Shown in pieces: positions 1 through 7,979 of a stretch of 64,000 nucleotides of DNA (the first letter of the stretch is position 1; every line of letters starts with the position of its first letter). A model generated the notes under the pieces. It was not told the DNA's origin. It did not search any database and saw only the letters and a list, made by a program, of their open reading frames with translations. A program made the translations under genes and the position numbers. Location: contig CBDATQ010000001.1 in NCBI GenBank assembly GCA_965199955.1, positions 960,001-1,024,000 of the forward strand, read 5' to 3'. Source of the DNA: Spirochaetia bacterium. GTDB taxonomy: Bacteria; Spirochaetota; Spirochaetia; SZUA-6; Bin103.

Positions 1-822
1 CAGGCCCACCTTGTAGACGTAGGTGGGGATGATCTCGGACACTTCCAGGTTCAGCGCGTTCTGCATCAGGAACGCCTTCTCGAAGCCGACGCTCATGATC
101 TGGCCGACGTTGAGGATGAGCAGGATGACGATGGTCGGCAGGATGCCGGGGATGTCGATGTGCCACACCCGCTGCCAGAGGCTGGCGCCGTCCACGACCG
201 CCGCCTCGTGCTGCTCCGGGTCGATGCTTGAGAGCGCCGCCAGGTAGATGATGGTGCCCCAGCCGGCGTTCTGCCACACGCCGGAGAACACGTACAACGT
301 GCGGAACCACTCGCGGCGTCCCAGGAAGAACACCCGCTCCCCGCCGAGCGTGTCGAGCAGATGGTTGGCCAGTCCGAAGTTCTTGGAGAGGAAGACGCCC
401 AGCATGCCGACGATCACCACCGTGGAGATGAAGTGGGGGGCGTAGGTGACCATCTGCACCGTGCGCTTGAAGCGGCGCCCGGTGACCATGTTCATCATCA
501 GCGCCAGGACGATCGGGATCGGGAATCCGACCAGCAGCTCGTAGCCCGAGAGCAGGGCCGTGTTCCTGATCAGCCGCCAGAAGCTCGGCGACTCGAAGAA
601 GCGGATGAAGTGGCGCAGGCCGATCCAGTCGCTGCCCAGCACGCCCAGGTGGGGCTTGAAGTTCTTGAACGCGATCGTGACCCCGTACATCGGCACGTAC
701 TGGAACAGGAGCACCAGCAGCACGGTGGGCACCAGCAGCAGGTAGAGCTGCCACGATCGCGCCGCGCGCGCGACCGGCGACAGGCGGTGCGCGCGCGCGG
801 GAATAGCCGGGGCCGTACTCAC
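1..822 (-). CDS. carbohydrate ABC transporter permease (LplB-like), runs off window start
   Basis: Hand translation from GTG 822: MSTAPAIP..SWQLYLLLVPTVL..; EAA loop 'EAAVVDGASLWQRVWHIDIPGILPTIVILLILNVGQIMSVGFEKAFLMQN..PTYVYKVGL'. Not in the ORF track because it is open at the edge. Confidence 0.9.
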   Translation of the reverse strand, partial: MSTAPAIPARAHRLSPVARAARSWQLYLLLVPTVLLVLLFQYVPMYGVTIAFKNFKPHLGVLGSDWIGLRHFIRFFESPSFWRLIRNTALLSGYELLVGFPIPIVLALMMNMVTGRRFKRTVQMVTYAPHFISTVVIVGMLGVFLSKNFGLANHLLDTLGGERVFFLGRREWFRTLYVFSGVWQNAGWGTIIYLAALSSIDPEQHEAAVVDGASLWQRVWHIDIPGILPTIVILLILNVGQIMSVGFEKAFLMQNALNLEVSEIIPTYVYKVGL

Positions 823-856
823 GGACGCGTCATGATCGGCGGCTCGGCCGGAGCTG

Positions 857-2071
857 TCAACGCAACAGGTGCCGGAACGCCGGTTCGCGGTTGAACAGGA
901 TGCGGTTGGAGTCGTGGAAGTTGCGCGCGCCGCGATAGGCGGTGCGCACGACGTAGATCAGGTCGTCGCCGTCGAAGCGCCAGTCCACGTACTGAAAGCC
1001 GGTCAGGCGCAGGGAGTCCTCCGGCCGCAGGCCGCTCTCGTCGACCATGAGCCGCTTCACCGTCCGCCACCTCACCAGGTCGTCGGAGGCGCACAGCCAC
1101 ACCTCGTTGCGCTGCCGCGGGTGCTTGTTCAGCCCCTCGCCCGGCGGCTGCGCCGCCTGCCAGGTGGCGATCAGCCAGTCGGGGTCCGTCACCGCGTTGG
1201 CCAAGGTCAGGTAGGTGCCGGTCACCGGGTCGCGGCGCAGCGTGAACTTGGCCTTGGCGCCGGGGAAGGCGACGAAGCCGCCCGCCCCGGCGGGTTCCGC
1301 GGGGTCGGGATTGGCGCCCGGATCGAAGCTGATCCGCTCGCCCTCGCCGTCGATCCGCACCATCGCCGCCGTGTCCTGCGCCAGCGGGCGCGCCTCGAAG
1401 GTCAGCACGTCCCAGAGCTGCCCGTCGGGCGCGGCCACCACGTTGCCCTCGCGCCAGCCCGGCTGGGTGACCGGCCCCCAGGCCGCCAGCGTCCATGATG
1501 GCGTGAACGGCAGCTTGTTGCTGATCCGCCAGTTGGCGGCATCCAGCAGGTCGGCGTCGACCGGCGCGGAGATGACGCAGGCCTGGAAGCCGGTGCCCCA
1601 CACGCAGGGGTCGCAGTCCTCGAACGCCTTGTAGATGCGGCCCTCGTGCTCCAGCACCGCCACCGGCGCGCAGTGGTAATTGGGTGCTACCCTGAACGGC
1701 CCGCCGGGGAACAGCAGCCCGCTGCCCGCGTCGTTGGGATGGGTCCAGCGGAAGCCGCCGTCGTCGCTGCGGCGGATGACGATGGAGCCGTACTGCTGGG
1801 AAACGCCGAGCAGGTAGACGGAGCCGCCGTGCACGAACAGACTGCTCCAGTAGGCGTTCATCACGTGGGTGATGTTGCTCCAGGTGGCGCCGTCGTCCTC
1901 GGACCGGTGGACGCTGGTCAGGCTCTCCTCGTCCTCATGGTTGCGCGGGCAGCCGGGGCCGAAGTGGTCGTGGGTGGAAAGCAGGGCGCCGTCGGGAAGC
2001 CGGACGATGCTGGGGCTCCCCAGGAAGGTGACGCTCCGCTCCGGCTGATACTTGATCTGGACGGGTTTCAT
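857..2071 (-). CDS. BNR/Asp-box sialidase-like beta-propeller protein
   Basis: Asp-boxes RSEDDGATW, RSDDGGFRW, ASDDLVRW; start placed at ATG 2071 (TATAGT 9 nt upstream; avoids overlap with the divergent gene). Confidence 0.8.
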   Translation of the reverse strand: MKPVQIKYQPERSVTFLGSPSIVRLPDGALLSTHDHFGPGCPRNHEDEESLTSVHRSEDDGATWSNITHVMNAYWSSLFVHGGSVYLLGVSQQYGSIVIRRSDDGGFRWTHPNDAGSGLLFPGGPFRVAPNYHCAPVAVLEHEGRIYKAFEDCDPCVWGTGFQACVISAPVDADLLDAANWRISNKLPFTPSWTLAAWGPVTQPGWREGNVVAAPDGQLWDVLTFEARPLAQDTAAMVRIDGEGERISFDPGANPDPAEPAGAGGFVAFPGAKAKFTLRRDPVTGTYLTLANAVTDPDWLIATWQAAQPPGEGLNKHPRQRNEVWLCASDDLVRWRTVKRLMVDESGLRPEDSLRLTGFQYVDWRFDGDDLIYVVRTAYRGARNFHDSNRILFNREPAFRHLLR

Positions 2072-2141
2072 GCCGGCGGCACTATAGCGCGTCCGCTCGA
2101 TGGCAGGAACCGCGGATCTTTGCGCTACGATGGGCGCCGCC

Positions 2142-2618
2142 GTGAATGAGACGGGACGCATCGCACGGCTCCTGGAGCAGACCTTCGAGGGGCCGGCCTA
2201 CTACGGGCCGTCGGTGCTGGGCGCCCTGGCGGGCGTCGACGCCGCGACCGCGGCGCGCAGGCCGGCGTCGGGAGCGCACAGCATCTGGGAGATCGTCTCC
2301 CACCTGACCGCGGAGCTGGACTATGCGCTCAGCGTCGGCGGCGGGTCGCCGGAGGCGTGGACCGCGGGGGAAACCACGTGGCCGCCGGTCACCGACACCT
2401 CCGCCGCGGCATGGCGGACGGCGCTGGCGGACCTGCGGCGAGCCAATCGGGCGCTGGCGCGCCGCATCGAAGGGCTCGACGACGACGTCCTGGGGCGTCA
2501 GCCGCCGGTAGTCAGCGGCCCGTTCTACGTCACCCTGCACGGCACCATCCAGCACAGCGTCTACCACGCCGGCCAGATCGCCCTGCTGAAGAGGGAGAGC
2601 GGGCCGCCAAGCCGCTGA
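2142..2618 (+). CDS. DinB family protein
   Basis: 'AYYGPSV..HSIWEIVSHL..HGTIQHSVYHAGQIALLK' DinB His pattern; start uncertain (ATG 2130 or GTG 2142). Confidence 0.8.
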   Translation: MNETGRIARLLEQTFEGPAYYGPSVLGALAGVDAATAARRPASGAHSIWEIVSHLTAELDYALSVGGGSPEAWTAGETTWPPVTDTSAAAWRTALADLRRANRALARRIEGLDDDVLGRQPPVVSGPFYVTLHGTIQHSVYHAGQIALLKRESGPPSR

Positions 2619-2741
2619 TTCGGCAGCGCTGCTACTGGCGGACTCTGAGCCGTCCTGGTTCAGCGGTGACGATCGCTCCATCCCCGGGGACGAAAAGGGG
2701 TTCTACCCGCTCGCGACCGACGACGCGGCGGGCGTACGCCG

Positions 2742-3473
2742 TCACCGGATGTAGGAGAACGACCCACTCTTGATCCAGCGGCGTTGGGCGGGAACCTGGA
2801 CGATGCGGTCCTCTTCGAGGACGTAGGCGCTCAGCGCGTTGCCGAAGACGCAGCCCGAGTCGAGCGCTACCAGCCCGGGGCGGGACCCGTTCTCGGCCCT
2901 CGGGAATCGCTTGATGAGGAGCCCTTGCGGTGCGTCGTGGCCGTACACGATCGGCCTGCCGGGGATGACGTGGCGCTGGTCCAGGTGCTCGTGCCAGCGC
3001 GGGCCGGTGATGCCGCCGTCGGGCGGCCAGGTGCGTATCTTCAGGAACTGGTCGCGCGTGGTGCCAACGAGCCCGCGCTCGGGGTCGATGCCGGCGTGCA
3101 CGAGGAGGAAGCCGGGCTCCTCGATGTAGAGCGGCAGCGCCGCGAGCCACGAGATCAGCTCCTGGCCCTGCGTTGCCAGCGCGCGCAGGGTCTGGTTGCG
3201 GTCGCTGTAGGCCGGCCTGGGATCGCTGCCGGCGGCGATCGCGCGGAGCTCGCCGACCAGCTCGTCGTCGTGGTTGCCCATCACCATCTCCGCGCCGCTG
3301 CCGCGGATTCGCTGCCAGACGCCAAGCGGGTCGGGCCCGCGCGTGAAGGCGTCCCCGGTCAGCAGAAGCCGGTCCCGGCCGGGCGCGTATTCGACCTTGG
3401 TCAGCAGGGCGTCGAGCTCCGCGCAGCAGCCGTGCACGTCGCCCACGAATATCGTTCTTCGGTCGCCTCGCAT
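2742..3473 (-). CDS. metallophosphoesterase (ApaH/PPP-like)
   Basis: GDVHG, GDAFTRG, GNHD, VHAG, YGHD, LDSGC motifs. Confidence 0.9.
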   Translation of the reverse strand: MRGDRRTIFVGDVHGCCAELDALLTKVEYAPGRDRLLLTGDAFTRGPDPLGVWQRIRGSGAEMVMGNHDDELVGELRAIAAGSDPRPAYSDRNQTLRALATQGQELISWLAALPLYIEEPGFLLVHAGIDPERGLVGTTRDQFLKIRTWPPDGGITGPRWHEHLDQRHVIPGRPIVYGHDAPQGLLIKRFPRAENGSRPGLVALDSGCVFGNALSAYVLEEDRIVQVPAQRRWIKSGSFSYIR

Positions 3474-3507
3474 CGGTCCGTTGTCGCGCGCCGGCTGGCC
3501 GGCCGCG

Positions 3508-4569
3508 CTACATCTCCGCCCGCAGCATTTCTGCCGCGCGCGTCATGTTGCCGAGCTTCTGGTAGATCTCGTCGAGCGGGATGTCGAAATAGGTGCCGGG
3601 CGAGAACCCGCAGTCGGGGTGCAGCGCCGTGCGCTCCGGGCCGACGATCTTCGCGGTCTCCCGCGCGCGGGCGGCGATCTGCTCCGGGGTGTCCACCTCG
3701 AAGGTCTTCGACGCCACGCAGCCGCAGCCCACGTCCATGCGCTCGGGCAGGCCGCGCAGGAGCTCGCGGTCGTAGTCGTCGAACTGCAGCATCTCGAACA
3801 TCGGCATGTCGATGTGCAAGCGCTCGAAGCCCGGCAGCATCGTGTCGTAGCGCGGCACCTGGTCCGACCCGATATGGCGCTTGCCGCACAGGTGCAGGGA
3901 GGTGTAGATGCCGTCTATGCCGTCCACCACGCGGTTGAGGGTGTCCACGGAGTCGAACAGCGCGTCACGATACGCCTGCGACTCCGGCTCCTCGCCATGG
4001 ACGCCGCCGATGCGGGTGTCGTCGAACTGCACGTAGCGGACGCCCGCGTCGCGCAGCAACTCCACCTCGCGCCGGATGATCGGCACCATGACCTCGATGA
4101 ACTCGCGTTCGGAGTAGTGCTCGGGCGACTTGACCGGGTCCCACAGGAAGCTGGCGGTCAGGTGCGGCGTGGGCAGCGCTACCCGCACGGCCTTGCTGGT
4201 GTGGCGGCGCAGCTTGCTCGCTTCCTCCGCGAACAGCCCCTCGCGGGTGGGGGCGACCGGGCCGACGACCGCGTAGCCGACGCGGGCTTCGTGCCGGAAC
4301 GAGTCGAGCGGCACCTTGAACTGCTCGACGCCGATGAGCATCTCGGCGATCACGCCGACGTAGGACTTGCGCCGCCACTCGCCGTCGGAGATGACGTCGA
4401 CGCCGGCGGCTTCCTGCAGTGCGGCGACGTAGGGGATGGATCGGTCCATCAGGTCGAGCAGGTCGCCTTCGCCGGTGCCCTCGACGAGGTTGCGGTCGAC
4501 CCGGTCGCGAAAGAACTTCGGCCGCGGCATGGAGCCGACCACGGTGGTCAGGAACGGTCTGTCGAGCAT
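3508..4569 (-). CDS. cobalamin-independent methionine synthase II family protein (single-barrel MetE-like)
   Basis: TTVVGSMPRP, SDGEWRR, Zn ligands LHLCG..E..PDCGF. Confidence 0.85.
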   Translation of the reverse strand: MLDRPFLTTVVGSMPRPKFFRDRVDRNLVEGTGEGDLLDLMDRSIPYVAALQEAAGVDVISDGEWRRKSYVGVIAEMLIGVEQFKVPLDSFRHEARVGYAVVGPVAPTREGLFAEEASKLRRHTSKAVRVALPTPHLTASFLWDPVKSPEHYSEREFIEVMVPIIRREVELLRDAGVRYVQFDDTRIGGVHGEEPESQAYRDALFDSVDTLNRVVDGIDGIYTSLHLCGKRHIGSDQVPRYDTMLPGFERLHIDMPMFEMLQFDDYDRELLRGLPERMDVGCGCVASKTFEVDTPEQIAARARETAKIVGPERTALHPDCGFSPGTYFDIPLDEIYQKLGNMTRAAEMLRAEM

Positions 4570-4729
4570 GGTTGGCCAGTGTACCCCCTTGCAGCCGCGG
4601 CCGCAGCGCGGGTGGGAGAGCTCGTCGCGGGCCGGGGCGGTCGGCATGCCGGAACAGACCGTCGATACTGCCCGAGCCTCTGGGCTGAACCGGCCGATCC
4701 GATGGCTGATTGAAAGTTAAAGTTGCAAT

Positions 4730-5470
4730 TTGCCAATCAGGGAGTTGGACCGGATCCTGTACCAAGGTCTGTTTCCCCGCATTCACGATCGTGGTCTGGA
4801 CGCCGCCGACTGGCTCGGCTCCTACTACACCGCCTACGTGGAGCGCGACGTCCGTGACCTTGGCGGCGTCGGCGACCTGGACACGTTCCGCCGGTTCGTG
4901 CAGCTCTGCGCGGGCCGAAGCGGGCAGCTCCTGAACCTCTCGTCACTCGGGTCCGACTGCGGCATCTCCCACACCACCGCCGGTGCCTGGATCTCCGTGC
5001 TGCAGGCGCTGTTCGTCGTGCACCTCCTGCCACCGCATCATCGCAACTTCTCGAAGCGCGTCATCAAGAGCCCGAAGCTCTACTTCCTGGATGCGGGTCT
5101 GCTGTGCAACCTGCTCCGCATCCGTGAACCCGCACAGATCGCCGTGCATGCCAGTCGCGGAGCGATATTCGAGACGTTCGTGGTGAGCGAATACCTCAAG
5201 GCGTTCACCCACCGGGGCGTCAGCTCGCCCTTGTACTTCTGGCGAGACCGTACCGGTCACGAGGTCGATCTGGTGATCGACGACGGCACGCGCCTGCTGC
5301 CGGTCGAGATGAAAGCTGGTCTCACGCTCAGCGGGGCGCTTTACGACGGCCTGGACTGGTTCTGCGCTCGCGGCGATCCCGCTGCCCGGCACGGTGTGCT
5401 GGTGTACGGTGGCGACGAGTGCTTCCAACGGCGCGGCCACACCACGCGTCCGTGGCACGCGTGCGTCTGA
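4730..5470 (+). pseudogene. 5'-truncated AAA+ ATPase / DUF4143 protein
   Basis: GLFP..YVERDVRDL..KSPKLYFLDAGL..GAIFE..YFWRDRTGHEVDL..VEMK is the DUF4143/PD-(D/E)XK half; no Walker A/AAA domain upstream, only an AT-rich stretch. Confidence 0.7.
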
Positions 5471-5545
5471 TACCGCCGTTCCGGCGAGCATGGCGATAAC
5501 GCACGTCCGCAGACTTCGGCGTGTGCGATGGCCGACCATGCGCTG

Positions 5546-6598
5546 CTACATCCCGTCGACGCTGGTGGCGGCGGCGACCCGCCAGACGCCGCGCGCGGCG
5601 GGGGTGGTGCCGTCGCAGCCCTCGTAGACCATTCCGTAGCCGGGTGGCTGGCCGCCGCGGGCGGGGAGCGGAAAGATGCACATCTCCGAGGACTTCGCCC
5701 GGTCCCAGGTGCCGCCGGGCGAGAGCACCGGCTCCGCCGCCCGCTCCCAGGTGAGCCCGTCGTCGGACAGAGCGGTCATCAGGCGTTGACCGCCGCCCTG
5801 CTGCGCCGGCCGGTCGTCCGCGTTGGCGACGAAGTAGATCCGGTAGCGGCCGTCAGGGAGCACGACGAGGTCGGGCGCGAAGGTGCTCGGGTCCCCGGGG
5901 AAGCGCGGCCCCCGCTCCAGCTCGAACGTCATCCCCTCCGAGGAGATCGCGCTGACGATGCCGACGCCGCGCTGCGTCACGTACAGGCGCAGGCGACCGT
6001 CGCCCAGGAAGAGGATGCGCGGCGCCATGATGTTGGCGCCTGCCACCTGCAGCCGGGCGCCCGGCTCCGGCTTCCAGTCGAGCCCGTCGTCGCTGACCGC
6101 GCTGCGGATCGAGTTCTGCACGCCCTGCGATCCCGGGCAGCACTCGTAGTACATGCGCAGCCGGCCGCTGCCGTCCGCCGCCGGGGCGACCTCGCTCGAC
6201 ACGACCCGGAAGTCGCCCGCGCCGCCTTCGGCCGGCGACAGGCGCACGCCCGGCTCCGGGTTCCAGGCCACCCCATCGGCCGAGTGCGCGCTGAGAATGC
6301 GGGTGGTCGCGTTGTCGTAGTCGTTGGCGCCGGTGGGATTTCCCTCGCGTGGCAGGATCTGCGTGTAGTACATCCGCCAGGTCCCGTCGGCCAGCCGCAC
6401 CACCCGCGGGCTGACCGATCCGCACAGGCCGGTGCGCGCCGCCTCTCGCGGCCAGCGGGCGTCGGAAGCGGGGCGGAGATCGTCATCGGGCGGCGCGTCG
6501 ATGGCCGGTTCGGGGCTCTTCCGCCACGCCGTGCCGGGGTCGCTCTCGGCGGCGTGCACCGCCGGCACCGGGTCCGTGGACCGTGTCAGGTCGATCAT
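5546..6598 (-). CDS. glycoside hydrolase-like beta-propeller (GH32/43/130-like fold)
   Basis: Repeats SADGVAW, SDDGLDW, SSEGMTF, SDDGLTW with 'WRMYY/LRMYY/YRIYF' strands; ATG 6598 has TACAGT 7 nt upstream. Confidence 0.65.
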   Translation of the reverse strand: MIDLTRSTDPVPAVHAAESDPGTAWRKSPEPAIDAPPDDDLRPASDARWPREAARTGLCGSVSPRVVRLADGTWRMYYTQILPREGNPTGANDYDNATTRILSAHSADGVAWNPEPGVRLSPAEGGAGDFRVVSSEVAPAADGSGRLRMYYECCPGSQGVQNSIRSAVSDDGLDWKPEPGARLQVAGANIMAPRILFLGDGRLRLYVTQRGVGIVSAISSEGMTFELERGPRFPGDPSTFAPDLVVLPDGRYRIYFVANADDRPAQQGGGQRLMTALSDDGLTWERAAEPVLSPGGTWDRAKSSEMCIFPLPARGGQPPGYGMVYEGCDGTTPAARGVWRVAAATSVDGM

Positions 6599-6705
6599 GG
6601 CCGGGACTGTAGCAGGCAACCGGACCGCTGCACGGCATCGTGCCCGGCGGTGGTATCCTGCCGGGCACCATGCGGCCGAATGGTTGGGCCGCGCAGGAGG
6701 TGGAG

Positions 6706-7554
6706 ATGGAGTTTCGATTTGCCGCGTGCACGGCCGGCATGGACGACATACCGCACGCCGAGTTGCAGCGCCTGTACTCGCAGGCCGGATTCGACGCCGT
6801 GGAGCTCATGCACGGCATGCTCCGGCTGCTCACCGTCGAGCAGGCGCAGGCGCTGGGCGACGAGTACCGCGCCGCGGGGGTGCCGGTGGAGACGGTGCAC
6901 CTGCCGTACGAGGGCCCGGCGTTCGACATCGCCGACTTCTACGAGAGCCGCAGGCGCAAGGCGGTCGCGCACATCCGCCACGCCATGGAGCGCGCCGCCG
7001 CGGCGGGCGCGCAGGCGGGGATCCTCCATCCCTCCACCTCGCGCGAGCCGGTGGACGCGAACGGCTTCGAGCGCTACTTCACGCAGATGGCGGCGAGCAT
7101 GAGCGAACTGCTGCGCGAGGCGGAGCGAGTGGACCTGGCGCTCGCGGTGGAGAACCTGCCGCCGGTGCCCGGCCGGCGCTACGGCTCGGTCCCCGATCAC
7201 TTCCGCCGCTTCGCGGGCGAGCTCGCCCACTCCCACCTCTGCTTCTGCCTGGACACCGGCCACGCCCTGATGGCCAACGGTCACGACGGGACCATCGAGT
7301 TGATGGAGGCGATGGGCGACCGGCTGCGCGCCTTCCACCTGTCCGACACCCCGGGCGACCGCGACCTGCACCTGGCGCCCGGCCATGGGGCGGTCGACTT
7401 CCCGCGCGTGTTCGCGCACGCCCGCGGCCTGGACCCGCTGGCCATGTGCATCGAGACCCCGCCGTTCGCGCCCGGCCCCGACTACGGGGACGACGCCTGG
7501 CGGGCGATGGTGGACGAGGTTCGGGCGTTGGCCGCTAGCGCGACAGCGCCGTGA
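6706..7554 (+). CDS. sugar phosphate isomerase/epimerase (AP endonuclease 2 TIM barrel)
   Basis: LAVENL, CLDTGHA, FHLSD..DLHLAPGHG..IE motifs; GGAGG RBS. Confidence 0.85.
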   Translation: MEFRFAACTAGMDDIPHAELQRLYSQAGFDAVELMHGMLRLLTVEQAQALGDEYRAAGVPVETVHLPYEGPAFDIADFYESRRRKAVAHIRHAMERAAAAGAQAGILHPSTSREPVDANGFERYFTQMAASMSELLREAERVDLALAVENLPPVPGRRYGSVPDHFRRFAGELAHSHLCFCLDTGHALMANGHDGTIELMEAMGDRLRAFHLSDTPGDRDLHLAPGHGAVDFPRVFAHARGLDPLAMCIETPPFAPGPDYGDDAWRAMVDEVRALAASATAP

Positions 7555-7606
7555 TCGGCCGCGTCCTCGCCTCGCCTGGAGATCCCGCACCGGCCTGCCG
7601 GCGGCG

Positions 7607-7966
7607 ATGAGCCCGAAGGTGCGGACCGGCGTCGACCTGGTGGCGATCGCGTTGTTCGAGCGCTCGCTACGCCGCGGCGGCGAACCGTTCCGCCGGCGGC
7701 TGTTCCATCCCACGGAGGCCGCGGGAGCGTCGCCCGAGCGCCTCGCCGGCGTCTTCGCCGCCAAGGAGGCGGCCTTCAAGGCGCTGGAGCTGCCGGCTGG
7801 CCACTGGCACGTGGTCGAGGTCGTCCACCGGCCCGACGGCCGGCCGTGCCTGCGCTTCGCGCCCGAGTACGACGCGTCCCGGATCGCCAGCCTGGACGTG
7901 AGCATCACCCACGACGACACGTACGCGTTCGCTTCCGTCGTCGCGTTGCTGCACGGCGACGCATAG
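7607..7966 (+). CDS. acpS: holo-ACP synthase
   Basis: GVDLV..LAGVFAAKEAAFKAL..GRP..VSITHD. Confidence 0.9.
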   Translation: MSPKVRTGVDLVAIALFERSLRRGGEPFRRRLFHPTEAAGASPERLAGVFAAKEAAFKALELPAGHWHVVEVVHRPDGRPCLRFAPEYDASRIASLDVSITHDDTYAFASVVALLHGDA

Positions 7967-7979
7967 AAGGAGGGACCGG

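Noticed and set aside
2620..2780. Possible gene remnant overlapping the phosphoesterase 3' end (EWVVLLHPVTAYARR..)
   Set aside because: No recognisable family; cannot be supported from the sequence alone.
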